Source: Chrysomallon squamiferum (lineage: Eukaryota > Animalia > Mollusca). Taken from it: DNA of 64,000 nucleotides. Positions within the stretch are counted from its first letter, which is position 1, and the number at the start of each line of letters is the position of its first letter. The notes under the pieces were generated by a model. That model was not told the origin of the DNA. It did no database searches and saw only the letters and a list, made by a program, of their open reading frames with translations. The position numbers and the translations under genes were made by a program. Shown in pieces: positions 1-13,897 of the stretch. The stretch spans positions 13,578,001 through 13,642,000 of the forward strand of contig CM022667.1 of the NCBI GenBank assembly GCA_012295275.1, in the 5' to 3' direction.

Positions 1-299
1 CTATAGCCATTATTACTTTTCTTGCTGCTGTTCTTCTTCTTCTTCTTAATATTACTATTGTTGTTGTTTCTGTCATTTTGATTGTTTAAAAATATTTCAG
101 TGATCAGAATCAGTAAATGTATCATAAAAAAAAATAAAATAAAATAAAATAAAAATCAAGAAATGACTCGATAGCTATTGGTGATAATGAAAATTGATTC
201 TTCATTTTCAAATCGCACAGATGTATAGATAAAACAAACAAACAAACAAATATATAAATAAATAAAATAATTTATTTAATTTTCTTTATTCAGCAAATA

Positions 300-460
300 T
301 CAAGTCAGTTTCTCAATAGTTTTTCACGCCACATTTTGCTTGTTGGAATTAATATCGCGCAATCTTCCAGGTAGTTATCGGATTCATTGTCTGATTTTTG
401 AAAAAGGACGTTTTCTCCATTCTCCAAAACAAATTTTGTTTCCACCTTTCCAAAGGTCAA
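300..460 (-). pseudogene. Degenerate orphan C-type lectin exon-4 remnant (F1)
   Basis: Reverse strand reads ..KVETKFVLENGENV..NESDNYLEDCAILIPTSKMW.., homologous to exon 4 of the cluster genes, with W lost and the C-terminus deleted. Copies lie at ~21920-22080 (+) and ~35283-35445 (-). Confidence 0.75.
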
Positions 461-479
461 ACAAGTAACAGCTATGGTA

Positions 480-517
<38 letters not shown>

Positions 518-1191
518 CTAGTAGTAGTAGTAGTAGTAGTAGGCAAAGGAAACATTTATGACCTCGTGTTACATATTCCGTTGTAGCTAAGGTTTAATAG
601 AACACAGAAAATTTGAAGGAAAAATCAATAGATGCAGAAAAATAACTGATGTGTGACATGCTGAAATAATAACGTTTTGAGAATGAATCATCCAAAGTGA
701 CTAAATATTATTTAATATTCACGGACGACAAGGTTTGTTCCTCTGGGAAAAATGAAACTTATTTAATGTTTTGTGAGCTTGACCCAATCAATATTGTAAT
801 ACCTAGGAAGAAGAAGAACAAAACATTACATTTCCATACTGTTAATCGTAAAACGAACTTTATTGGAGAAAACAAATAGAGCAGTAACAAAGACAACAAC
901 AATGACAATAATATTAGATATACAACAAATTTAAAGAAGTATAAATAATATATTTGCACTCAGATATCATAACTACTTCAACACGTACAATAAATATGCC
1001 AGGATTTCTGTACAGCTGAAATAAACATAAAAAATGTACAGATATCAATAACCAGTTTAACAATATTAACGCAAAACAATATACAGTACATTACAAACAG
1101 TAGTTCTTTAAATCAATATCTGTCTCTGTTCATTTACTAATAAAATATTTAACACGAAAACTGATATTCTCATATTCTGATATAATAATTA

Positions 1192-1277
<86 letters not shown>

Positions 1278-2560
1278 GCATCTACCGTACACACTCACTT
1301 ATAATTCGATCTAATTTTATATCGATCGGCCTTGATTTTAAACACTGAAATGTAAACAACAGACAGACTCGTTCGATGGAGGTTGATATGAATTTTAGAA
1401 TATTTCTTTTTATTCTGATTCATAAATTTTGAGAGATCTTAGATTTGTTTATCTTCTTTGCTTTGTTTGTTTTTTTCTTAAGTAAGAAGTGTTATTTGTT
1501 TACAGTACAAGAATCTTACAACATTTCACAGAAGTAAAAATTGCCTAATTAGTTAAATGCAAATAACAAAAATGTTTAACAATAACAACAGCAACAACAA
1601 TACTAAATGGTGGTATACTCAATAATAATAACAATGATTATGATAATGATATTAATAATTATTAATAATAACAACAATAACAACAAAATAATTTCGAATT
1701 AATAAAGACATAAATTTATAGAAAAAAAATGGATATACAGAAATGTCATGTGCAATTGATTTTGATTAGTTAAAACTGTAGATTACTACTGGAAACGACT
1801 TTTTCCTACACATTTCTGTGAGTGACACTTGCTGTTAGTTTAGTCACTTACAAGCAGAAAACATCACAGAACTGATTAGTGCTTGAGTCTGACGAGAATT
1901 CGCAAAGATTTTATATTAACAGTCTATATGTATATATGTATATATAGATATGTCTTTACAATTGATCTAAACAAAAATTCAGCACGGATTAAAATATTAT
2001 TAGACCCAGTGGGAACATCACAATAGGCTATTAGACTAAATGGGTAATTGACAAAGTTCCTTTCAAACTTTGTAGGTAATTATAAGAACATTATAAGTAT
2101 CGTGTGTAAACTGCCAGTCTCAAGAAGATGGAACACAGGGTACAGGCAGTAAATGAATATATGAATGTTTTACTACATCTGGAGAAGCTATCTCAAACTG
2201 TAAGTAATATAATGGTATAGATTTTACAGTTTCTTAATATACTAAACTATAACTCCGGGTGTTGTTACATCCTTTACTCTGTGGTAACTGTACTCTAGTT
2301 GGTGCATTTCTCTGAAATATTCTGTCTGTTACACGATAGAAACACAAATAACCAAACTTCTTTACGTTGAGATCAATAACAACATTACGTGTTAAACTGA
2401 GACAAGAAATGAATGAGCACGTTTACGTGTTGTGTGTGTTTATTTCTTTCCTGTTGTTCTTTAATTGGTTGTTGTGTTTTGCCATGTTTTGTTTTTTGGT
2501 TTTTTTTTTTCATCAATGTCTTTTTGAAATTCGTTAAATTTGTATCTGTTCTGGTGACGA

Positions 2561-2782
2561 TCACACAAGTTTTTCACAAATGTATTTTTCGCGTCGAGAA
2601 CATTGCACGTCGCCCCACACTTTATCTGTTGGTACTAACAGGACGCAGTCTTCAGTTCTGTAACCATCACTTGGTTCATTTTCGTTCCAGCTCGTGAACT
2701 TTGCCGCTTCACCATTCTCCCAGACAAACGTGTTTTCAACCTTCTCGTCTGTTAGACCGATGTAAAAGCTGTCTGTGGCTAA

Positions 2783-2857
<75 letters not shown>

Positions 2858-3083
2858 AATAAATAAATAAAATTAAAACCGGTATAGTAATAGTAGTAGT
2901 TGTAGTAGTAAAATATATAGTAGTGGTAATAGTAGCAGTGGTCATGGTTGTATCGGTAGTTGTAGTAGCAGTATCAATAGTAACAGTGGTAGGGATGAGG
3001 CTTGTGGTGGATGTAGCAGTATTAGTAGTTTTCTTCTAATAAATAATAAGAATATTAGTGAGGATCACGATGATTATGTTAAC

Positions 3084-3119
<36 letters not shown>

Positions 3120-3494
3120 GATTATGATAGTGATGAAAACTGCAACGGATATTGACGACGATAATAATAATAGTGATGATGATAATGATGAAGGAAACGA
3201 ATTTACATATGTGTGCAACGATGTAGTCACCAACAGCCGTATTTTTCTCTTCTGAGTCCAGTACAATCAGTCTTGAACCTATCTGACTGCAGACGTCACG
3301 TGCTTGAGAAAATGTTTTCTTATCCACAAAAGCCTTCATACACAGGTGCACTTCGTCCAAGTACACAAACCCGTCTTCTACTGGACATGAACCTGTGAGA
3401 ATAAAACAGTTCATTTCTTTCTTTCACATGTCTTATAGAAAATTTGAAAATGATTTCTTCATTACAAATAACCTGCTTCTAAACAACTAACTGG

Positions 3495-3556
<62 letters not shown>

Positions 3557-4196
3557 CATCATCATTATATTCAAACTGATATCATATCATCATCATCATG
3601 ATCATCATCATTATTATTTTGAATATAGAAAATTACATTTGATAAAGATGTAGCCAACCTATTTATTATTCGTAGTAATAGTAGTAGTTGTTATGGTAGC
3701 AGTAGTTGTATTTGAGTAGTAGTAGAAGTAGCTGTAGTTGCAGGAATAGTAGAACTGTTTCAAAAAGTTTTGATGGAATATAGAAAACGAATTATCGAAA
3801 AATTCTATTGATAATGATTTCACATTATAAAATTAATTTGCCAAAAAAAAAAAAAAAAAAAAAAATTAACAAGGAAAATTAAACTAATCTAAAATCAAGT
3901 AAACCAAAGTAAGTAAGTAAATAAATAATTAAATAAAACCTACGTTACCTGCATTCAGGTAGAAGTAGTTCCAGCCAGGTGATTTGGAGTAACTGTTGTA
4001 ATTTGAAAATCTCAAGGAATGGAGTCGACAAACACCACGCACATTGTATGAAAACGATCTACAGACAGGGTTATCTGCACATCGTATCCCACAAAACTCT
4101 GCGCTTGTAAATCCAGCTAGAGTAGTTATGAGCCCATCGTTTACATCGACATCGTTAAAATTTACATTTCTAATCCAGACAGATGGAGGGCTGCAC
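2561..4196 (-). CDS. PAN/apple + C-type lectin protein, subfamily A copy A1 (exons 2-4 open; first exon unresolved)
   Basis: Exon 2 is 4196-3949 (CSPPSVWIRN..FCGIRCADNPVCRSFSYNVRGVCRLH, PAN-type C-x3-C-x5-C-x-x-F-x-Y-x5-C). Exon 3 is 3392-3207 (CPVEDGF..LC..ARDVCSQIGSRL). Exon 4 is 2778-2561 (FYIGLTD..W.NG..EPS..EDC..WGD..C..YICE). Splice sites are GT-AG and phases are compatible (2,1,1). Confidence 0.85.
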
Positions 4197-4275
4197 CTAC
4201 AGTAATAAAACATATAGTGAAATATACACACATACATACATACAGAAGTACGTACATACATCCATTCATCCACCC

Positions 4276-4323
<48 letters not shown>

Positions 4324-6934
4324 AAATGAAAACAACAGAAAGAAATTTAAAAAAAAGAAGTAGAAATCTCACGCCTTCCTATATAAACAAGCCAATATAA
4401 ACTGCAACAGTGAGCTTAATAATACAAAATTGGTAGATCTGACAAACGTGAGACGGCCTGTATTATTTTACAGGACAAGTCCATTTTGACAATTGTTTTT
4501 ATACTGTTGTATGTGACTTTTTAAACCAGAGATAGCACTGATAGATTTCCCAATTTTTATATTTACTGTAGCGTCAAAAGAATAAAACATGGGAAAATTC
4601 CAAGAAAATCTCTCTCAGGACGTTTATACATACCTTTCTGCAGTTTCACAACACAAGAGGACAGCCCATACCCAGATTCCTTTGATAAGAAAAGTTTTCA
4701 TTTTAGCTGCCAACTTTTCTATTTTACAACTGTACGTTCACCTCATTATAAACAAATGAAACTCCATTAAACTTAGGCTGATATGGAGTATCAAATACGA
4801 GTTCCTAATAACCAAAGCTAGAAAAACCAAAATTTGTATAAACTAAATGTAACAAAAACGTGGTATTAAACTGAAAGAATGGGATTTCCTTCACACTCCA
4901 GTAAATTAAATTTAATTTTTGATGACTAAATTCATAGCCATTTTATTCTCACTAATACTCAATAAACCACGAAAGAAAAATGACATCGACCAAAACAACA
5001 TCAACATCAGGGAGAATTCTAGCAACAACTGCAATGGGAAAAGTTTCATTGTGACAATACAAATGATTATGACTAGCATTTTTTATTAATGCTATACTGA
5101 GTCAAAACATCTTTATATGGTACTGTAATAACTATACATATTTTATCAAACAACAGAACAAGTCATTAGTGGTTAAAGGTCATAGATGCAATTCAACATT
5201 TAATCATTCAGAGAGAGGTATAAATGTATACAAAATTAATGAATCAATGTAAACCGATAGTTGGCTTCACAGCAGTCAGTTGCGTCAAATGTGATTCTGT
5301 TATTTTATTTTATTTCACGCTTTGTTCGCTTTTGAGGAGTTTTATTTTTAATTATTATTCTTCTGTTTTATTTTTCTCTCTTTCTGTCTGTTTTGTTTTT
5401 TTTTTTCGTTACTATTCTTTTAATTATTATTCTTCTGAACTCATTAATATTCAAAGTTCACAGCTGGAATTTAATTTTTAACCATTCAGAGACGGATGTA
5501 AATGTGTACAAAATCAATAAATCAATGTGTTCCAATATTAGATTTCTAAACCAAATACTTGAACGGATGCATTTAAAACAACAACAACAACATCAACAAC
5601 AGCAGCAACAACAACAAGAACAACAATAATAATAATTTATCTAAATTCAGATGAGACGCCTTCTCAGTCTTTTGCTATAACCTGCTCTGTACAACAAATA
5701 CTGAAAAAAAGAAGTTATATAAAATATTAAAAGTCATTTTAAACTTCCCAAATGAGGTGAAACATTTTTTTTTTTTTTTTATACATTCATGTTTACTTGA
5801 TAGTCAGAGTTTCAGAATAGCACATGCATTTTATTTTTAATTCTTTAAGAACAGAGGTTTTTGACATAGTTTTAACAAGAACGGAATTATACTGCCAACT
5901 AATATATCAGAAATTTCCGAAGTGTTTTGTTGATATTTTCTAATTGATAAAAATATACTGATAAAATAACACAGTATGTATAGATATCTGTGTCTATGTA
6001 TTTACGAATGAATAGTGAGCGGAAGACGATACACATCGCCATCAAGATAACCATAAAAAAATGTTGCTCAGTAACCGTAATAATCGCTTCCTACAAAGCA
6101 CGCCATTCTTTGTATTTCGTCAGTATTACAAGCATTAATTTTAGGTTCAGTTAAATTTTGTTTGATACTGCCGTTTCCGATATTTTATTTTGTTGCTGTT
6201 AATAATGTTTATATTATTAGTGTTTTGACGAAAGTCCATTGTTCAAAATTTGCAAAGAACCATAACTATAATCAGCTTCTTCCTGTATTATGTTGAACAT
6301 TGCTTGCAATTTTTGTTTACAGCTGTTCCTGTTCTTAATTTTTATTTCCTGAAATACTGTTGGCGAAATGATGGTTATGATGATCACGAAATGAATAATT
6401 TACTGTGAGACAACTATTTTAATTTAATGAACCTCGTCATAACCATCATGATGACCGTTATTGTAATCATCACCACTATTATCGTAGTCGTTATCATTTG
6501 TAAACTGATTCGGTGTACTGATTTTGTTAGTTGTATTTACAACACTAACAGATTTGTTTGTTGTAATACAGAACAGTATACAACAACACACTGGACTCTG
6601 ACAATGCAGCAAAGTCACATTGGTTTCTGACAATACTCAGTTTGAATGAATAGAGGACGTATGATGATACCACTCGGCCACTAAGACAAAGTTAAAAAAT
6701 ATATACAAAGTTGCTCAATAACCGACGGTAACCGTGGATTCCTACGAAGAACGCCGGGGTTTGCCTTTTGTTATTTTTCGCGAGCATTACATTACAAGTC
6801 AGTACATTTCATATGTTGCATTTGGTTAAAAATATATTATTCGCTGTTACCTTATAATTTACTTTATATAATTCAGGAAAATCCTTGCATGAAAAATCTA
6901 TAAACTTAATTATATAGAAATTATCTGGAGGTAT

Positions 6935-6976
<42 letters not shown>

Positions 6977-6990
6977 CAATCGTAAGTAAC

Positions 6991-7569
6991 TGTAACTACA
7001 ATCAGATCCGCGCTTTTTATTGTTGACGCCATTTTTTTAACTCCATGGCGTTGTTGTAAAAGCGCTGGCATTTGGTAATTATGAACGTTCTTGCTCTGAT
7101 TAGCACGTTAATTTTTTTCAATTTCAGTTTCAGTAATTAAGCAGCTGAGTCAGGCAGGGAAACAAATGTTTTGAATGACATTGTCTTTACGGACGAGTAT
7201 GGTAAGCTATTGTCCATTCTTATTTTGATAGGGTAATGTGCAATTAACCTCTTTAGGAACATTTAATATAAGTAAAACTTTAATTATTTAATCTGTCCTC
7301 CGTGTATTTTTTTATTTTGTCTTGGTTCCCCGTCTGACCTTACTCGTATCACTTATGTTTGTATTATTATCAAGTCATCTCTATATTGTAATTAAATATT
7401 TAACTCGTATTGTGTTTATTTATCTAGTGGACCGCTAAATATTGATTATATAGATTGTTGTCAATTTAGCGTTTACATTCCTTGTTAGGTTGCCATTAAA
7501 GCACCTTGTTACCCTAAACTGAGCATTAATAAAATATCCAAGATGTTTAATGGTGTGGGCCTCGTGACA
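6991..7569 (+). mobile_element. Possible solo LTR (~580 bp), also at ~14121-14715 (inverted) and ~42025-42615
   Basis: Termini are TGTAAC...GTGACA, with AATAAA ~40 nt before the 3' end and TA-rich flanks. No matching target-site duplication found. Confidence 0.3.
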
Positions 7570-7792
7570 ATATATATATAAAAAAACTAACGATTGTTGA
7601 TTAAAACAAAATAGATGTCAAACATGTTAAGCCTTCAGTTGTGCATTAAAAATTAAATACACCGTAGCAACGTTTCATGTTAAAGCTGCAAATCGATGTT
7701 TGGGGATTTTGACTTAAGATAAGCTCAAACATTGATATTTATTACGACCTGTTCACTTCGTCGTTTTCTTCACTAAAATTTATTCATACAAA

Positions 7793-7855
7793 ATACAAAA
7801 CACTTTCATCCAGTTTCTGTTGTTGTCAGCTGTTTCGTGTGTTCTAAAAATGGCA
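7793..7855 (+). pseudogene. Start of subfamily B signal-peptide exon (B0), cut by the gap
   Basis: Matches 42839-42901 but has ATA for ATG and two compensating 1-nt indels. These may be contig-end errors. Confidence 0.7.
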
Positions 7856-8055
7856 NNNNNNNNNNNNNNNNNNNNNNNNNNNNNNNNNNNNNNNNNNNNN
7901 NNNNNNNNNNNNNNNNNNNNNNNNNNNNNNNNNNNNNNNNNNNNNNNNNNNNNNNNNNNNNNNNNNNNNNNNNNNNNNNNNNNNNNNNNNNNNNNNNNNN
8001 NNNNNNNNNNNNNNNNNNNNNNNNNNNNNNNNNNNNNNNNNNNNNNNNNNNNNNN
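7856..8055. other. Assembly gap (200 N)
   Basis: Run of exactly 200 N; the true size is unknown. Confidence 1.
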
Positions 8056-8730
8056 GTGATGATAAACAACTCCCTTTTCCTGTTTTGACCACTAGTTTTC
8101 CCTCCTTCAATACGACGTCGCCTACGGCACCCTGACTAGCTTCCTTTTCCTGGCCGGACTTACACACGTCAACATGTTCCCCATCCTAAATTATTTGCCG
8201 ACATTTTTGCGATACACTGAGCCCTACCTCGTCAAATGTACCGACTATTAATGACGGAAGCAAAATATCTACGTACTCAAGTTAAAATTACCAGTATCCG
8301 ACTGACCGTTTTCCACCTGTCGTTCCATTCTGAAACAATCGTGGAATCATCCATGTCCCTTTGTCTTCGTCCTCGCTGTTGAGACGGCTCGGTCGTCAAA
8401 AAACGAGAACGCTGGTTGATCCTCCGCTTCGATCTGCCTACATTTTTCTGGGCAGACACTTTCCTTTTCTTTTGTTTTTCAGACAATATCAGCCGTTTTT
8501 CTAATTGAAAAAAGGGTGGATGGCAATGGATGAAAAAAGCAAGTAAATGTTTTCCCCTCTTGGCTGAAATGGGGTTTGAATGAAAGAGATTGTATTGTAT
8601 AGGCTATTCAACTAGAGTTAATTCCCTTTGGCCATTGCCTCCCCTGCAACCATTTATCACTACCACACAGCTAGCTGTATTTTCCTGACATTAAATGGGA
8701 TTATAAGGTATTACGAATAATCTGTACTAA
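8056..8730 (-). mobile_element. 5' part of DIRS-type retroelement remnant (copy 1, cut by gap)
   Basis: Reverse-complement match to ~48420-49110 and ~59505-60190. ORF 8277-8486 is nearly the same as ORF 59753-59962. Confidence 0.7.
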
Positions 8731-8906
8731 CACCAAACACAGAAACGTGTATAAAAAGTTTCACATTCGTTTCTAATAGTAATCTACAGTTTTAACTAAT
8801 CCAAATCAGTTGCCCTTGACATTTCTATACAGGTCTTTTTTTTCCATAATTTTTTATTAATTCGGAATCATTTTTTCTAGGAGGAGGTCATCTTATTTTG
8901 TTGTAG

Positions 8907-8976
<70 letters not shown>

Positions 8977-9006
8977 CTGGTATACTACTATTTAGAATTT
9001 ATTATT

Positions 9007-9050
<44 letters not shown>

Positions 9051-10348
9051 TTTAATTAAAGAGAAAAACAACAAACCAACCTAAAAGCTCTCTGTATTTA
9101 TGAATTAGAGCTAAAATAAAAACAAAAAAGGTTCTAAAAAATACATCGACTTGTAAACCAGTGTAGGTACCTTTAAAATTCAGGCACATCGACATAACAT
9201 TAGAGAGATTGTTTTTCTTTCTTTTTTTAAATTAATGTTGTGAATATCAGTTCAGATGTTGATTATTTTATTCGTAAATGAATAGAGAAAGATATTGATT
9301 TAAGGAACAATTGTTTGTAATATATAGTACACTGATTTGCGTAAATAATTTATTTCTCTCTCTATTTTTTTTATGTGATTATTATTATTTTTCTGCTTAA
9401 TTTTTACTTCATGATTAACATTCGTAGTAGTAGCGTGAGTAATAGACGTACAAACAATTAAGTAAGTAAGCATCATAAATATTAGTAAGACTAACGTAAT
9501 TAGTAGTGGTGGTAACAGAAGAGTGACGTAAATAGCAGAACCAGTAGTAGTAGCGATAACACTAACACAAGTAGTAGGAGTAGTAAGTAGTATAAACAAT
9601 TAACAGTGGTTAGTAGTAGTGGCAGTGGTAGTAGTAGTAGTAGTAGTAGTAGGATTAGAAGCAATTGTAGTAGTAGGAGTAGTAGCAGCAATTGTAGTAG
9701 TAGGAGTAGTAGCTGTAGTAGTAGTAGTGGTAGTAGAAGGATTAGTGTTTTTCCTCTCTCTTTAGAAGTGAATATTTAATTATGTGTGGAGGAAACAAAG
9801 GTTTTGGTTGAATTGTCAGTGTCAAGTGTAACAGAAGCAGTACAGTTGTAATCGGTTCATCTGTTATTTTCTTCGTATTACCTCCCTTGTGCTCGCTATA
9901 TGTTTATTCTTGTTATAAATATTTCATTTTTGATTTGAATAGCGATAGATACGCTTCGTGTGGAGTGGACTGAAAAGTATTTAACTTGTTTATAGCTTGG
10001 ATTCTTTCAACAACATCGGTAGACAGACACACAGAAACACAGACGTGCTGTTATTAGCTGTTTTTCATTTCTTCAGTATATTTGAAAGTGCTCACCACTT
10101 AGATGTATTTTAAACTGATAGTATTTCTCTCTTTTTTTATCCTTTTCTTTTTCTTTTTTTTTCTTTTTCTGAAGTCACAGTGATCAGAACTGGTAATCAT
10201 TACTACGTTGATAATTTTATATATACTAATTTTAACGAGATATTGTGTTTTATTTGTTCCTTTCGAGATTTTATTTTTATTATAAAAAGAACATCTGACC
10301 TTTTGATATAATTTGTTTGATCTTTTACTAGCAACTGCTGCAGCAGTG

Positions 10349-10390
<42 letters not shown>

Positions 10391-10488
10391 CATTCTTATC
10401 ATTATTATTATTAGTATCGTGATGATAATGATGATCATATGGGCGGCTGACGTTGTTGTTGTGGTTGTTGTTATATTATTATTATTAA

Positions 10489-10545
<57 letters not shown>

Positions 10546-10863
10546 TGGACAAGGTTTCGAAACCCATATTACAATAACAGGGCTACTGATGATGTAAAGA
10601 AATATAACATGTACAATGTAGTGAACTGTTAAACAAATAGAACACGTGTAACATACTGAGGTGTTGAAGAAATGGAATATTAATAATGTTTAATATATTA
10701 ACTGGACGAACAGATACATTATATTGATAGTTTAAATGGTGTATTATGACAAGACAGAAATACAATTAAGAATAACTAAACACTTTATTGACACGTTTCT
10801 GTCAAGTATATGGTGGAGAATGGTGGACAAAATACAAGAGGAACATTTGACTATACAAAACAG

Positions 10864-11301
10864 ATTCTGAAGCACGTGACACCTGCAGTCAGATAGGATC
10901 AAAACTGATTGTACTGGACACAGAAGAGAAAAACACAGCTGTTGATGACTACATCAAAACAAACATAGGCAGGAACTTAAACATTTATAAACAATTACTA
11001 CTTCATCTACTGTACAGCAATACCCCTCCAATCACTACTACTAGTAAACTACTGCTACTACTACTGCTACAACTGTTATTTGTCATACTCTGTATGGGTT
11101 TTATACGAATCTAACAGAAGAAAAGGTGGAAAACAATTTTGTTTGGGAGAATGGACAAAACGTCCATTTTGAAAAATAGGACAACAATGAATCCGATAAC
11201 TACCTGGAAGATTGCGCGATATTAATTCCAACAAGCAAAATGTGGTGTGACATTAACTGTATACATTCAGTAAATATATATTTGTGAAAAACCGATGTTA
11301 A
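10864..11301 (+). pseudogene. Degenerate C-type lectin exon 3 (3' half) + exon 4 remnant (E1)
   Basis: SEARDTCSQIGSKLIVLDTEEKNTAV.. then FYTNLTEEKVENNFVWENG..*DNNESDNYLEDCAILIPTSKMWCDINC, with an in-frame TAG and a terminal frameshift. Confidence 0.85.
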
Positions 11302-11814
11302 AATCACATGATATTTGTTGAATAAACAAACAAAAAATTAAATTAATTTATTTATTTATATATTTGTTTGTTTTATTTATACGTATATGCGATTAAAAAA
11401 AAAAATGTAATTATCATTATCACCAACCTGTCATTCATTCATCTCTTGATTCTTTAATTCTTTCCTATGATCGATGAAAAAAAAAAAATAAATAAATAAA
11501 ATAAAATAAAAACTGTATTAAATTCACTCAGCATTGTTGAGTACACCACAACAAACTGAAACTGTTCAGAATTCAGTACTAAGACTGCAAGCAAACTGTA
11601 CAGAAATAAGCGAATGTGACAAATACAAACAGAAACTGAACAATAAAAATACAACTAAAGAAGAATTGCTTTTCAGTTTATTTATTTAACTGACCTGCAT
11701 TACAGTTATCATATAAGTCGAGGAAAATCTGTTTGAAGATATGATTTTTTATCATTTTATTTATTTTTTGTTGTTGTTGTTGTTGTTGTTGGTTGTCAGG
11801 TTCTTACGATTAAT

Positions 11815-12719
11815 TTAGAGGTTTTCACATATGTATTTTAAACGTCTTTCACATTCAACATCTCCCCATTTGCTTAAACCAGATACAAATACAGTGCAGT
11901 CTTCATAATCGAGATTATCAGGTTCATTTTCTTTCCAGTTTGTATAAATGGCTTTTTCACCATTCTCCCACACATACGTTTTCTCCTCAACTTCATTAGT
12001 TAATCCGATGTAAAACTTTTCGAAATTTGACCCTGTAAAACCAATGAATGTAAATGTAGTAATAGTAATAGCAGTAGTAGCGGTGGTATAGGAGTAACAA
12101 TAGCGATGAAGCAGCAATAGCAGAGACAGATGCAGGAAAACAAGTAGAAGTGGACGCAGTGTTAATAGTAATAGTAGCAGAGCTATTGTTGTAGTGGGAG
12201 TAGTTACTAAAAAGCATTCACTGCAGAGCTTTCCAAAGTGAATAACTGCCAGGGAAAGTATAGTTTTTGTTCATGAAATTTGAGGCAGAATGAAATTGTG
12301 TTTGCTTGAAATTTATTTTTGATAACAGACAAAATCTGCTGATGTAGGTTTATCGGGTCATACTGCTATCTGATATCGTTAGAGTATGTGGTCCAAAGTC
12401 ATAAGTGCATAGCATGGGGACAGTATTGCGAGGTGAATTTGTATATATTTAAATAGACAGGATTGGAAGTGAGGCATTTTGCCGAGATACCAATAGTGAT
12501 TATAAAGATATATAACTGCAGTAATACCTGTGGCAGTAGTTTTCGTATTTATAGCAGTAACAATTGTAGCAGTAAAGGTAGTAGTAGTAATACTAATTGT
12601 AGTAGAAGCAACAGAAGTGACAGAAAAAGAAGTAGTAGTAGCAGTAGCAGTGGCAGTTATTGTTGTCGTAGTAGTTGTAGTAGTAATAGTAATACTAACG
12701 ATCAAATGAAACAAACACA

Positions 12720-12750
<31 letters not shown>

Positions 12751-13897
12751 AAAGAGAAATAAGAAAACAGTAGACACACCTATGTTTGAAAGGTAGGGCG
12801 ACAGAATTTAGTTTTTTTCTTCCGTGTCTAACACGGTCAGTTTTGATCCCAGCTGGCCGCAAGCAACACGTGCCTCAGCAAATGTTTCACGATCTTCAGA
12901 CAACTTGAAGCACAGTGTTCCCAAAAACACGAAACCCTCATCAGTCGGACAGAAATCTATGAAACGAAAACAACTATATAACAGTCACTACAATACTAAT
13001 TTTATATACACAATTATGCACACATCGTTACCGCCGTTATCCCAATAAAATTTTAAAAAATCAAAAAAAAAAAAAATCAAAAAAAAATCAGACGATTACA
13101 ATATAATGTAAAATACATACTGTTACGATAGAAAAATAAAATTCATTTCACTACCATACAAAGATAAAATTTTAGCTGTTGCCATAAAAAGATGAACTTG
13201 AACATAATGTTATTCAAAGATCAAATTCAAACAGCTAGTATATAGAGAAAACGATTCAAATGAGACTGTCGCCAACCATAATACAAAATTCAGAATGTTA
13301 CCACTGAAAAGTCATATTATTATTATTATTATTATAATACAAAGGTTAAATTTAGCCTGCTACCTGAAGGAATGTAATAGTGCTTCCAGTTTGCCGTGTC
13401 AGACGTACTGACGTAAGTACCAACCCTCACAGAATAATGGCGACATTTTCCGTTGTCGTAGGCAAACGAAAGGCATTCAGGATTCTTGGTGCAGTCAGAG
13501 CCACAGTGCATCATGGTCTTGACGTCAGTGGCTTCGTATATTTCAGCGTTAGGTGCAGTGACGTAATCATATTTTTCTTTCTCAATCCAAATCCATCTGG
13601 TGCCAATGCAGCTTCATTGACAGTAAAATAGAACTATTTTCATTACTTGTATTAAATAGTGACATTTAGTAAGATATAATTCAGTTGATGACGTTAATCT
13701 ATTTATCATTCTATCAGTTCATCTACTCATTTACAGTATATGTCTATTTGTCTATCTAACTTATGCATACATCCACACTGTTATTCAGTTTCAGTATAAA
13801 ATAAAAAGAGTACGTATATTTATACATACCTGTCTGCCATTTTAGAACACACGAAAACAGCTGACAACAACAGAAACTGGAGGAAAGTGTTTTGCAT
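11815..13897 (-). pseudogene. PAN-CTL subfamily B copy B1; full 4-exon structure with premature TAA in exon 3
   Basis: Exon 1 is 13897-13830 (MQNTFLQFLLLSAVFVCSKMAD, signal peptide). Exon 2 is 13611-13364. Exon 3 is 12956-12780 with GAA AAA AAC TAA (stop at 12810-12808). Exon 4 is 12032-11815, open, with EPD and WGD. Confidence 0.85.

Larger units (their letters stand above)
1..7855. repeat. Segmental duplication: near-identical direct copy of 34985-42901 and inverted copy of ~13835-22392
   Basis: Position 1 'ctatagccattattac' matches 34985, and colinearity runs to the gap. ORF-track entries recur identically (e.g. 697/35648, 2413/37440). Differences are microsatellite lengths, a short deletion near 1905 and scattered SNPs. 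Confidence 0.95.

Noticed and set aside
6424-6633. Conserved Cys-rich 69-aa ORF repeated three times (also 15046, 41455)
   Set aside because: Recurrence is explained by the segmental duplications. It has a non-ATG start, a low-complexity tail and no recognisable motif or splice context.
7806-8167. ORFs spanning poly-X
   Set aside because: Artefacts of the N gap.
13380-13631. Antisense ORFs over lectin exons (also 3213, 12824, 32981, 43081)
   Set aside because: Shadow frames of the real exons on the opposite strand.
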